Origin: Vulcanimicrobiota bacterium
GTDB taxonomy: Bacteria > Vulcanimicrobiota > Vulcanimicrobiia > Vulcanimicrobiales > Vulcanimicrobiaceae
Direction of reading: 5' to 3'
Assembly (NCBI GenBank): GCA_963820825.1
Contig: CAWGBN010000006.1
Coordinates: 64,001-128,000, forward strand
DNA length: 64,000 nt
Shown here: positions 48,588-57,994 of the stretch, in pieces
Layout: every line of letters starts with the position of its first letter
Numbering within the stretch: position 1 is the first letter of the stretch
Made by a program: the position numbers and the translations under genes
Notes under the pieces: generated by a model
Told to the model about the DNA's origin: nothing
Database searches by the model: none
What the model saw: the letters and a program-made list of their open reading frames with translations, nothing else

Positions 48588-49706
48588 ATGATTATTGCCG
48601 TTCCTCGCGAGGCTGCGGTAAAGGAGCGCAGGGTGGCGCTCGTGCCCGAAACCGTTGCGCGATTCGTCAAGTTGGGTGCCGGCGTCCGCATTCAGCGCGG
48701 TGCCGGCAATGCAGCCGCCTTCCCCGACGAGCTCTACGGCGCCGCGGGCGCGAGCTTCGCCGACGACGCGCGCGCGCTCGCCGGCGACGCCGATGCCATC
48801 GTTACCGTCGGGCGCCCGAGTGACGAGGTGCTTGCCGCGCTTCGCCCCGGCAGCGTAATCGTCGGTTTTCTCAATCCACTCGGCGACCCGGCCTACGTCG
48901 AACGGCTCGCGCAAGCGCGGGTAACGGCTCTTGCGATGGAGATGATTCCACGGATCACGCGCGCGCAGTCAATGGACGCGCTCTCGTCGCAGAGCAACAT
49001 CGCGGGCTATAAAGCGGTTCTCCTCGGAGCGGCGGCGTTGCCGAAGTTCTTTCCGATGCTCACGACCGCGGCGGGCACGATCGCGCCGGCAAAAGTCTTG
49101 GTGCTCGGTGCCGGCGTCGCCGGATTGCAAGCGATTGCGACCGCGCGCCGCCTCGGTGCGGTCGTCAGCGGCTACGACGTCCGTGCCGTCGTCAAGGAGC
49201 AAGTCTTATCGCTGGGTGCCGCCTTCCTCGAGTTCGATCTCGGGGGCGACGCCGAAGGCGCGGGGGGTTACGCGAAGGAGCTCACGCCGGAGCAGCAGGA
49301 GCGCCAACGCGCGTGGATGGTCGAGCAGATCGGCGCGAACGACGTCGTGATCACGACCGCGCTCGTTCCCGGCCGAAAGGCTCCGGTACTGATCACCGAG
49401 GCGGCGGTCGCAGCGATGAAACCGGGAAGCGTCGTCGTCGATTTGGCGGCCGAGGCGGGCGGGAACTGCGCGCTGACCGTTACCGACGAAATCGTCACAT
49501 CGCCCAACGGCGTCACCATCATCGGCACGACGAATTTACCCGGGACGATGCCGGCCGATGCCAGCCGCCTCTACTCACGCAACGTCTTCGCGCTGCTCTC
49601 GCCGTGGATCAAGGACGGCACGCTCGCGATCGATCCCGCCGACGACGTTGCGAAGGGAGCGGTCATCGCCCGCGATGGCGAGGCCCTCGGCCGAGGAGGA
49701 TCGTGA
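48588..49706 (+). CDS. pntAA: NAD(P) transhydrogenase alpha-1 subunit
   Basis: ERRVALVP, RAQSMDALSSQ, GAGVAGLQA, GGYAK, GGNC. Confidence 0.96.
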   Translation: MIIAVPREAAVKERRVALVPETVARFVKLGAGVRIQRGAGNAAAFPDELYGAAGASFADDARALAGDADAIVTVGRPSDEVLAALRPGSVIVGFLNPLGDPAYVERLAQARVTALAMEMIPRITRAQSMDALSSQSNIAGYKAVLLGAAALPKFFPMLTTAAGTIAPAKVLVLGAGVAGLQAIATARRLGAVVSGYDVRAVVKEQVLSLGAAFLEFDLGGDAEGAGGYAKELTPEQQERQRAWMVEQIGANDVVITTALVPGRKAPVLITEAAVAAMKPGSVVVDLAAEAGGNCALTVTDEIVTSPNGVTIIGTTNLPGTMPADASRLYSRNVFALLSPWIKDGTLAIDPADDVAKGAVIARDGEALGRGGS

Positions 49707-50014
49707 TGGACGTAGCCCACTACATCGAGTTGCTGACCGTACTCGTGCTCGCCGTCTTCGTCGGCTTCGAGGTGATCTCGAAGGTGCCGACGACGTTGCA
49801 CACGCCGTTGATGTCGGCGACGAACGCGATTCACGGAATCGTCCTCGCCGGCGCGATCGTCATCGTCGCGCGCCTTCTCACCGGAAGCGCCGAGATTGGA
49901 TTGACGATTCTCGCCATCGCGGCGGTTACGCTCGGCGCGATCAACGTCTTCGGCGGTTTCGCCGTGACCGAGCGCATGCTGCAAATGTTCAAGCGTAAGG
50001 AGCCGGGCAAGTGA
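49706..50014 (+). CDS. pntAB: NAD(P) transhydrogenase alpha-2 subunit
   Basis: VPTTLHTPLMSATNAIHG, NVFGGFAVTERMLQMF. Confidence 0.96.
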   Translation: MDVAHYIELLTVLVLAVFVGFEVISKVPTTLHTPLMSATNAIHGIVLAGAIVIVARLLTGSAEIGLTILAIAAVTLGAINVFGGFAVTERMLQMFKRKEPGK

Positions 50015-51411
50015 CGGCGACGGCGATCGGAACCTCCCTTGCCGATCTCGTTGCGATTGCGCTCTTCATCTACGGCCTTCACGAGCTGAACTCGCCGGCG
50101 ACGGCACAGCGCGGAAACCGGTTCGCGATGGCGGGCATGGTCATCGCGCTCGTCTCGATTCTCGTTCAAACGGGCGCGGTCGGCTGGTGGGCCGTTGCGA
50201 TCGGCGTCGCGATCGGCGGCATCGTCGGCATCTACGCTGCCCTCAAAGTCAAGATGACCGCGATGCCGCAGATGGTCGCACTCTACAACGGCGCCGGCGG
50301 CGGCGCCGCCGCCTTGATCTCGACCGTCGGGTTCTTCATCGCCCGTGGCACGGGTAGTCCCGACGTCGTCGTCGCGGTTTCGCTGGTGCTCTCGGCGATC
50401 ATCGGCGCGATCAGTCTCGCGGGTTCGATCGTCGCCTTCCTCAAGCTCCAAGAACTGATGACCGGACGTCCCGTCACCTATCCCGGCCAGCAGATCGTCA
50501 ACGGAATCGTCCTGCTTGGAATTCTCGCGTTGGCAATCTGGTTCGTTGCGACTCTGGGACTGCTGCCGGCCTGGGCATTCGTCGCGCTCTTGCTCGGCGC
50601 GCTGCTCCTCGGCGTGCTCTTCGTCTTACCGATCGGCGGCGCCGACATGCCGGTCGTCATCTCGCTACTGAACTCGTTCACCGGCGTCGCGGTCGCGATT
50701 ACCGGTTTCGAGATCGACTCGTCGCTGCTCATCATCTGCGGCGCGCTCGTCGGCGCGAGCGGAACGATTCTCACCGTCGCGATGAGCCGCGCGATGAACC
50801 GCCCGCTGACCAACGTGCTCTTCGGCGCCTTCGGCGCCGCGGGTGGAACTGAGGTTGCGACGGCGAGCGGCGCGCCGCAGCAGATTCGCAGCACGAGCGC
50901 CGACGACGTCGGCGTCATGCTCGCGTACGCGTCGAAGGTGATCTTCGTTCCGGGCTACGGCATGGCGGTGGCGCAGGCGCAGCATAGCGTCAAAGCGCTC
51001 GCGGATCAGCTCGAGAAGCGCGGCGTCAAAGTTCTCTACGCGATCCATCCCGTCGCCGGGCGCATGCCCGGACACATGAACGTGCTGCTCGCCGAGGCAA
51101 ACGTTCCGTACAATCAACTCCTCGACATGGAGGATGCGAATCCCGAGTTTCCGACCGCCGACGTCGCGCTCGTCATCGGCGCCAACGACGTGACGAACCC
51201 GGCCGCGCGAACGGTCGCCTCGTCGCCGATCTACGGGATGCCGATTCTCGATGTCGACAAGGCCGCTAACGTCGTCGTGCTCAAGCGCTCGATGCGCTCC
51301 GGCTTTGCCGGAATCGAGAATCCGCTCTACGAGCTGCCGAACTGTTCGATGCTCTTCGGCGATGCGAAGGCCTCGGTCGAGGCGCTGACCGGCGCGGTTA
51401 AAGCGTTGTAG
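50011..51411 (+). CDS. pntB: NAD(P) transhydrogenase beta subunit
   Basis: MTAMPQMVA, IGGADMPVVIS, PGYGMAVAQAQ, HPVAGRMPGHMNVLLAEA. Confidence 0.97.
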   Translation: MTATAIGTSLADLVAIALFIYGLHELNSPATAQRGNRFAMAGMVIALVSILVQTGAVGWWAVAIGVAIGGIVGIYAALKVKMTAMPQMVALYNGAGGGAAALISTVGFFIARGTGSPDVVVAVSLVLSAIIGAISLAGSIVAFLKLQELMTGRPVTYPGQQIVNGIVLLGILALAIWFVATLGLLPAWAFVALLLGALLLGVLFVLPIGGADMPVVISLLNSFTGVAVAITGFEIDSSLLIICGALVGASGTILTVAMSRAMNRPLTNVLFGAFGAAGGTEVATASGAPQQIRSTSADDVGVMLAYASKVIFVPGYGMAVAQAQHSVKALADQLEKRGVKVLYAIHPVAGRMPGHMNVLLAEANVPYNQLLDMEDANPEFPTADVALVIGANDVTNPAARTVASSPIYGMPILDVDKAANVVVLKRSMRSGFAGIENPLYELPNCSMLFGDAKASVEALTGAVKAL

Positions 51412-54400
51412 CCGGCGCCCCGCCTTCGGGTAACGGCGGGGGAGGCATCGGCGGTTTTGGAAGATCTTCGGGTCGCGGCGGTCCGGTCTTGCGTCTCTTG
51501 CGTTCGGTCAGCTCGACGACGACGATGTAAAGCACCGGCACGATCGCGAGGTTCATGATCGTGGAGACGAGCATACCGCCCAGAACGGCGGTCCCGAGCG
51601 AGATCCGCGACTGCGCGCCGTCTCCGTGCGCGAAGGCGAGCGGAATGATGCCGAGGATGAAGGCAATCGAGGTCATGAGAATCGGGCGCAGCCGCGTCGC
51701 CGCCGCGTGCGCGACCGCCTCGACCGCTTCCATGCCCTCCGCGCGCAGCTGGTTGGCGAACTCGACTATCAAGATCGCGTTCTTCGCCGCCAAGCCGATG
51801 AGCATGACGTAGCCGATCTGTGCGTAGATGTCGGAGGAGGTAATCGGCAGTGGGACGATGTGCCCGGCCATCAGTGAGTGCACGATCTGGCTCAGCCGCT
51901 CGGTGAGACTGCGGAGGTAGATCGCGCCGATCGCTCCGAGCAGCGCGACCGGCACCGCGAGCATGATCACGAAGGGCGTGGAGAGGCTCTCGTACTGCGC
52001 CACCAAGACCAAGAAGACGAAGAGCAATCCCATCGCGAAGACGGCGACGGTCTGCGGACCGCTCTGCACTTGCTGGCGAGCGATACCGCTCCATTCATAA
52101 CCCATGCCCTTGGGCAGATTCGCGACGACGTGGCGCTGGATCGAATCGAGCGCCTGTCCGGAACTCGCTCCGGGGCCGGGATTTCCGTCGATCTCCAGCG
52201 CGTTGTACTCGTTGAAGCGCATGATGGAGACGTTGTTCGTGGCCATCTTCGTCGTGAGGAATTGGCTCACGGGCATCATCGCGCCGGCCGAATTTGCCAC
52301 GTAGATTCGCGAGAGGTCTTGCGGCGTCGTCCGTTGGCCGGCTTTCGCCTGCAAGACGACCTGATACGATCGCGTTCCGTAGTCGAAGAAGTTGACGAAC
52401 GTCGAGCCCGTCGTACCGTTGAGCGTGTCGAAGAACGCGCTCGGCGTTACGCCGAACGCGAGCGCCTTGGCACGATCGAACTCGGTGACGAGGTACGTTC
52501 CGGTGAAGATCGTGGGGAATCGCACCTGCGAGAGCGTCGAGTCTCTCTTCGCCCCGGCCAAGATCGTGTTGCCGACCTTGTTCAGCGCCGGCAAACCGAG
52601 GTTGTTGATATCCTCGATCTCGATGGCGAATCCGCCGGTCGAGCCCAAGCCGGGTATTGCCGGGGGATTCGCGGGAATTGCGCTGAGGTTTGGAATCTGC
52701 AAGAACTGCCGGTAGAGGTCGTACTGGACGGCCAGCGAGGAGTTCTGCACGCCGTGCCGTTCGGAGAGCGGCTTAAGCTGCAAGAAGATCGTCGCTTGAT
52801 TCGAGCTGTTGTTGGCGAATCCGAAGCCGACGCCTGAGGTCGCCGCTTCGACTTGCGGCATCTTACGCATCATGCCTTCGAGGCGTTTGACCATTGCGGT
52901 GGTCTGGTCCATCGACGATTGGATCGGCAGCGTCACCAGCACGTAGAGCAGACTCTGATCTTCGTTCGGGAGAAAGCCCGTCGGGGTGATCTTGAACATC
53001 ACACCTAAGAGCGCGATCGCCCCGATGAAGATCGCGATCATGATCTTCTGGTGACGGATCAGCACCGGGACCTTTGCTTGATACCAAGCCGTCATCGCGT
53101 GCAGGCGATCGTTGAACCAAAGCATGAACCGGTTCTTGGTCGGCTCCGCGCCGTGCACGAGCTCGTAAGTCAAGACCGGTGCGAGCGTCATCGCCGTGAA
53201 GAGCGAGATCCCGATCGAGGCGGCCATCGTCAAGGCGAACTGCTGGAAGAGCAGTCCGGTCGTGCCCGGCAGGAAGGCCACGGGAATGAAGACCGACATG
53301 AGCACCAGGGACGTCGCAACGACGGCGCCGCCGATCTCGTTCATCGCGCGAACGGTCGCCTGAAACGAGTTCGTCTTATCGTCGACGATGTGGCGCACGA
53401 TGTTCTCGAGCACGACGATGGCGTCGTCGACGACGAGCCCGGTCGCGAGCGTCAACCCGAAGAGCGTGAGCGTGTTGATCGAGAAGCCCAGCACCTTCAT
53501 CGCCGCGAACGTTCCGACCAGCGAGACCGGAATCGTGATCGACGGGATCAGCGTGCTGTGCCAGCTCTGCAGGAAGATGAAGATGACCAAGACGACGAGC
53601 AGGATCGCGATCAAGAGCGTTACGACGACTTCCTTGATCGAGGCGCGCACGAAATCGGAGGTGTCGAAGGCAATCTTATACGCGTAGCCGGTCGGCATCG
53701 TCTCGGCGATGCGGGCCATCGTCGACCGGACGTTCTGCGAGATCTGCAGCGAGTTGGCGGTGGGTTCGCCTTCGATGGCCAGCACGACGGCGGTCTGTCC
53801 GTTATAGCGCGCCGAGGTGATGTAGTTCTGGGCTCCGAGCTCGACCTGGGCTACGTCGCCGAGTCGTAAGTATCCGCCGTTGGGCTGCGCCGCGACGACG
53901 ATCTGTTTGAACTCTTCGGGAGTCTGCAGCCGTCCGTTGATCGAGATCGGAATTTGAAAGGGCTGCTTGCCAGTCGTGGGCGGCTGACCGATCGAACCGG
54001 GCGCAACGTCGGCGTTATTCTGTTTGATGACGTTGAGAACGGTGTCGATCGAGATGTTGTTCGACTCGAGTTTATGCGGGTCGACCCAAATGCGCATTCC
54101 GTAGGTGCGATCGCCGAGCACCTCGACCTGGCCGACGCCGGGCACGCGCTTGAGATTCTCGATGACGTTGAGATCGGCGTAATTGCTGACGTCGACGTCG
54201 GAGACCGCCGAGCTCGTCGAGAGCATCGCAACCGCGATCGTGATATTGCCGGAGCTCTTCTCGACGCTGACGCCTTGATTCTGTACCGCCGACGGGAGCT
54301 GTGCGAGCGTGAGGTCGACGCCGTGCTGCACGTTGGTTTGGTCGGTCGTGGGGTCGGTGCCCAACGCGAAGGTGCAGGTGATCACGCTCGTCCCGTTCGC

Positions 54401-54649
54401 GCTGGAGTACGACTGCATGTACTGCAGACCGTCGGCGCCGTTGATATTGATCTCGAGCGGCGTCGTGACCGAGCGCATGACCATCTCGGCGGTGGCGCCG
54501 GGATATTGCGAGGTCACGGTGACAGTCGGCGGCGAGATCTGCGGGTACTGGGAGATCGGAAGCGTCGGAATCGTTATGAGGCCGGCGAGCAGCACGATGA
54601 AGCTCAGGACGGCCGCAAAATGCGGTCGCCGCAGGAAAAACTCGATCAA
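51398..54649 (-). CDS. RND efflux permease (AcrB/HAE1 family)
   Basis: LPISQYP, GFSINTLTLFG, VDDAIVVLEN, KNAILIVEFA, RLRPILMTS. Confidence 0.96.
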   Translation of the reverse strand: MIEFFLRRPHFAAVLSFIVLLAGLITIPTLPISQYPQISPPTVTVTSQYPGATAEMVMRSVTTPLEININGADGLQYMQSYSSANGTSVITCTFALGTDPTTDQTNVQHGVDLTLAQLPSAVQNQGVSVEKSSGNITIAVAMLSTSSAVSDVDVSNYADLNVIENLKRVPGVGQVEVLGDRTYGMRIWVDPHKLESNNISIDTVLNVIKQNNADVAPGSIGQPPTTGKQPFQIPISINGRLQTPEEFKQIVVAAQPNGGYLRLGDVAQVELGAQNYITSARYNGQTAVVLAIEGEPTANSLQISQNVRSTMARIAETMPTGYAYKIAFDTSDFVRASIKEVVVTLLIAILLVVLVIFIFLQSWHSTLIPSITIPVSLVGTFAAMKVLGFSINTLTLFGLTLATGLVVDDAIVVLENIVRHIVDDKTNSFQATVRAMNEIGGAVVATSLVLMSVFIPVAFLPGTTGLLFQQFALTMAASIGISLFTAMTLAPVLTYELVHGAEPTKNRFMLWFNDRLHAMTAWYQAKVPVLIRHQKIMIAIFIGAIALLGVMFKITPTGFLPNEDQSLLYVLVTLPIQSSMDQTTAMVKRLEGMMRKMPQVEAATSGVGFGFANNSSNQATIFLQLKPLSERHGVQNSSLAVQYDLYRQFLQIPNLSAIPANPPAIPGLGSTGGFAIEIEDINNLGLPALNKVGNTILAGAKRDSTLSQVRFPTIFTGTYLVTEFDRAKALAFGVTPSAFFDTLNGTTGSTFVNFFDYGTRSYQVVLQAKAGQRTTPQDLSRIYVANSAGAMMPVSQFLTTKMATNNVSIMRFNEYNALEIDGNPGPGASSGQALDSIQRHVVANLPKGMGYEWSGIARQQVQSGPQTVAVFAMGLLFVFLVLVAQYESLSTPFVIMLAVPVALLGAIGAIYLRSLTERLSQIVHSLMAGHIVPLPITSSDIYAQIGYVMLIGLAAKNAILIVEFANQLRAEGMEAVEAVAHAAATRLRPILMTSIAFILGIIPLAFAHGDGAQSRISLGTAVLGGMLVSTIMNLAIVPVLYIVVVELTERKRRKTGPPRPEDLPKPPMPPPPLPEGGAPATTL

Positions 54650-54709
54650 GAGTCAGCTTCCGGCGAGAGAGCGCTCATTCTCAAAACGAGCGTTCGGATG
54701 CTACCAGGT

Positions 54710-56332
54710 CTAATTCCTTGCAGCGATGCTCGGTCGCCCGCCCGCAGAAAGCGCGTGCAATCGCCACGCAAACGCGTTCCAGGTCGGGACGAAGGCGTTG
54801 GGCGAGAAGCCGCTCAGTCGCGTGCGATATGCGTAGATGTAATCGGCGTTGAAGAGGTAGAGCACCGGAACCTGCTGCGCGACGATGCGCCCGATCTCTC
54901 CGTAGAGACGCTTGCGCGCGCGTTGTTCGGTAGCCGCGAGCGCGTCGCGCTCGAGGCGCTCGACGCGCGAATCGCACCAGCGCATGTAGTTCGACGGCGC
55001 GCCGCAACCCAGCACGGCGGAGTCGTCGGGATCGGCGCCCATCGTCCACGGGACGTAGGCGAGATCGAAGTTCCCTTGCGCGAGCACGCCGGTGCGCGGG
55101 AGAAAGAGCTGCGCGTTGCTGACCGCTTTGATGGTCACGTCGACGCCGCGCTCGTGCAGCGCCGCCGCGACCGTTGCGGCGACCCGCACGCCCGTCGCCG
55201 TCTCCGGAAACTGGACGTAGGTGAGATGGAGCGGCGCGTTCGCGCGCCGGCGCATTCCGTCCGGACCGCGCGACCAGCCGGCCCGGTCGAAGAGCCGGTC
55301 GGCACCGGCAGGATCGTATCCGGGCTCGCGCACGGCGGGATCGTACGCCCACGAGAACTGCGGCTGAATGACGTTCGTCACCGGATAGAACCCCAGCGTG
55401 ATCTTGCGCGAGATCGCGTCGCGATCGATCGACATGGCAAGGGCGCGGCGGATGCGGACGTCGTCGAGCGGAGCGCGCGACGTGTTGAAGGCGAGACCCG
55501 CGACGACCGCGGTCGGCACCCGGCTGACGCGGATCTGCGAATCGCTGCTGACGACCGCGAGCTGCGCGGGCGCGAGCAGGTTCCAATCGATCGCGCCCGA
55601 GCGCAGCAAGAGCAGATTCGTCGACGGGTCGGGGATCGTACCGACCTCGAGCTCGGCGATCGAAGGCTTGCCTCGCCAGTATCGCGCATTGGCCGCATAA
55701 CGCAGCGATTCGCCGCGACGCCACGAGACGAACCGGTACGGTCCATCGCCGACGCTCGGCGCCGCGTTGAAGGGCGCACGCGCGAGCGGACGTTGCGCGG
55801 CGAGCACGTGGGACGGCAGGACGAACTGCGGCGAGAACCCGTCGGAGAAGTACGTCAGCACTGCCGGTGCCCAGGCGTGCTTTAGATGAAAGATCACGGT
55901 TAGCGGACCCGCGGCATTCGCGCGGTCGATGAGATCGTAGCCTTCATGCGAGCGAACCGGATTGCGCGGATCGAGGATCGCACGCAGGGTGAATAGGACG
56001 TCGCTCGCGGTTACCGGCACGCCGTCGCTCCATCGAACTCCCGGCCGAAGCCGGTAACGAATCGTTCGGCCGTCGGCCGAGATGCCGCCGTTAGCTCGTG
56101 CCGGGATCTCGCGCAGGAGAACCGGAACCGGGCGCCCCCGGGCGTCCAAGTCGATGAAGGGTTCAAAGACCAAGCGAGCGGCTTGCTGCTCGACCGATGC
56201 GGCGTCGGGATTCAAGAAGAGCGGATTGAGATTGCGCGGATCGGCCGCGAGATCGAATCGGAGAGCGGCGGCGGGGGCGGGCTGGCCACCGCGGAAGCAG
56301 CCCGGCGAGGCCGCAAAAGCCGCCAACAGCAA
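54710..56332 (-). CDS. ABC transporter peptide-binding protein (family 5); start approximate
   Basis: NLNPL, WSDGVPVTASDV, VGDGPYRF, DVRIRRAL, NYMRWCD. Confidence 0.9.
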   Translation of the reverse strand: MLLAAFAASPGCFRGGQPAPAAALRFDLAADPRNLNPLFLNPDAASVEQQAARLVFEPFIDLDARGRPVPVLLREIPARANGGISADGRTIRYRLRPGVRWSDGVPVTASDVLFTLRAILDPRNPVRSHEGYDLIDRANAAGPLTVIFHLKHAWAPAVLTYFSDGFSPQFVLPSHVLAAQRPLARAPFNAAPSVGDGPYRFVSWRRGESLRYAANARYWRGKPSIAELEVGTIPDPSTNLLLLRSGAIDWNLLAPAQLAVVSSDSQIRVSRVPTAVVAGLAFNTSRAPLDDVRIRRALAMSIDRDAISRKITLGFYPVTNVIQPQFSWAYDPAVREPGYDPAGADRLFDRAGWSRGPDGMRRRANAPLHLTYVQFPETATGVRVAATVAAALHERGVDVTIKAVSNAQLFLPRTGVLAQGNFDLAYVPWTMGADPDDSAVLGCGAPSNYMRWCDSRVERLERDALAATEQRARKRLYGEIGRIVAQQVPVLYLFNADYIYAYRTRLSGFSPNAFVPTWNAFAWRLHALSAGGRPSIAARN

Positions 56333-56417
56333 AATAATCCGTCCTCGGCGACTTGCGCCGAATGGATTTATGGTGTTATTGTTGTCAAGCCGAATATTCT
56401 TCGGCAAATCTCCTCCT

Positions 56418-56894
56418 ATGTCGAATATGGTGATGATCAACAGCGAGCTCGACGAGCTCGACCTCCAACTCCTCGACGCGTTGCAGCGCAACGCGCGCTC
56501 GACCTTTACCGAACTGGGTGCCGTCATCGGGCTCAAGGCGCCGGCGGTCCACGACCGGGTCAAGCGACTCGAGCAGCGCGGCTACATTCGCGGCTATTCG
56601 GCGCAGCTCGATTCCGAGCGTCTCGGACTGCACTTGACGGCCTTCGTGAGCTGCTACACCTCGCCGGAGTGCAAGTACGACGATTTCACCCGGCGCCTGA
56701 GCGAGATGCCGGAGATCTGCGAAGTTCACTCGGTCGCGGGCGAGGAGACGTTTCTCTGCAAAGTCGTTACTCGTTCGACGCAGCACCTCGACGAATTGCT
56801 TGCCCGCCTCAAAGCGACGCCCGGCATGGCGCGAACCCGCACGACGATCGTGCTGAGCATGCCGTTCGAGCGCGGCGGCGTCACGGTTCGCTAG
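56418..56894 (+). CDS. Lrp/AsnC family regulator
   Basis: LDELDLQLLDALQRNAR, RVKRLEQRGYIRGY, VHSVAGE, TRTTIVL. Confidence 0.95.
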   Translation: MSNMVMINSELDELDLQLLDALQRNARSTFTELGAVIGLKAPAVHDRVKRLEQRGYIRGYSAQLDSERLGLHLTAFVSCYTSPECKYDDFTRRLSEMPEICEVHSVAGEETFLCKVVTRSTQHLDELLARLKATPGMARTRTTIVLSMPFERGGVTVR

Positions 56895-56896
56895 CG

Positions 56897-57981
56897 ATGC
56901 ACGCCTCGTTGCGTTCCGCCGGTCATCCGTTGGGCGCCCATCGCGTGCTCGATCCGCCGGGCGCGATGCCGCAAGATGCGTGGCGCATCGATAACACGCC
57001 GATTGCAGCTTCGAACGAAATGCTCTGCGAGGTCGAAGCGCTCAACATCGATTCGGCCTCCTTCAAGCAGATCGCCGACGCGTGCGGCTTCGACGCGCAG
57101 CGGATCGGCGAACACGTCGTCGAGACCGTGCGCGAGCGAGGAAAGCAGCACAATCCGGTCACCGGCAGCGGAGGAATGTTCGTCGGCCGCGTTCTCGAGG
57201 TCGGCGAAGCGCTGCGCGAACGAGCCGGCCCGCAGCCGGGAGATCGGATCGCGTCGCTCGTCTCGCTGACGCTCACGCCGTTGCAGATCGAGCGCATCGA
57301 GCGCGTCGACGTCGCAACCGGCCGCATCTGGATTCGCGGAAAGGCGATTCTCTTCGAGAGCGCACTCTGGGCTCGGCTTCCCAGCGACATCGACGAAGGC
57401 GTCGCGCTCGCGGTGCTCGACGTCGCCGGCGCGCCCGCGCAGGTTCGCAAGCTCTGCTCGGCCGGGCGACACGGTCGTCATCGTCGGCGCCGACGGCAAG
57501 AGCGGATTGCTCTCCTGCGCGCAAGCCAAGGCGCGCGTCGGGAGTCGCGGACGCGTCATCGGGATCGTCCCGAACGACTCCACGCCGGGCGCACAACTGC
57601 TCCGGCGCGAAGGACTCGTCGACGATTTACTCGTCGCCGACGCGCGCAGCGCCCTGCGATTGAGCGAGCGGGTCGCAGCGACGCGCTCCGGGTCTCGCCG
57701 ATATCGTGGTCAACTGCGTCAACGTCGCGGGAACCGAGCTCGCCTCGATTCTCTGCGCGCGCGAAGGCGGCACGGTTTACTTCTTTTCGATGTCGACGTC
57801 GTTCACTGCCGCGGCCCTCGGTGCCGAAGGCGCCGGCCGCGACGTGAACATGATGATCGGCAACGGTTACACCAAGGGCCATGCCGAGCTCGCGCTGCAG
57901 ACGCTGCGCGACCATCCCGCCCTGCACGCCCATTTCAACGCCACGTACGGCACCACGCCCTCCAGCCACGTCGAGGAATAA
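56897..57981 (+). CDS. kdd: L-erythro-3,5-diaminohexanoate dehydrogenase, two apparent frameshifts (~57461, ~57681)
   Basis: GAHRVLDPPGAMPQ, LNIDSASF, GKQHNPVTGSGGM, LVSLTLTPL, LDVAGAPAQ, GKSG, FFSM.TSF..AALGAEG, IGNGY. Confidence 0.88.
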
Positions 57982-57994
57982 AGAGAGGATTCTT

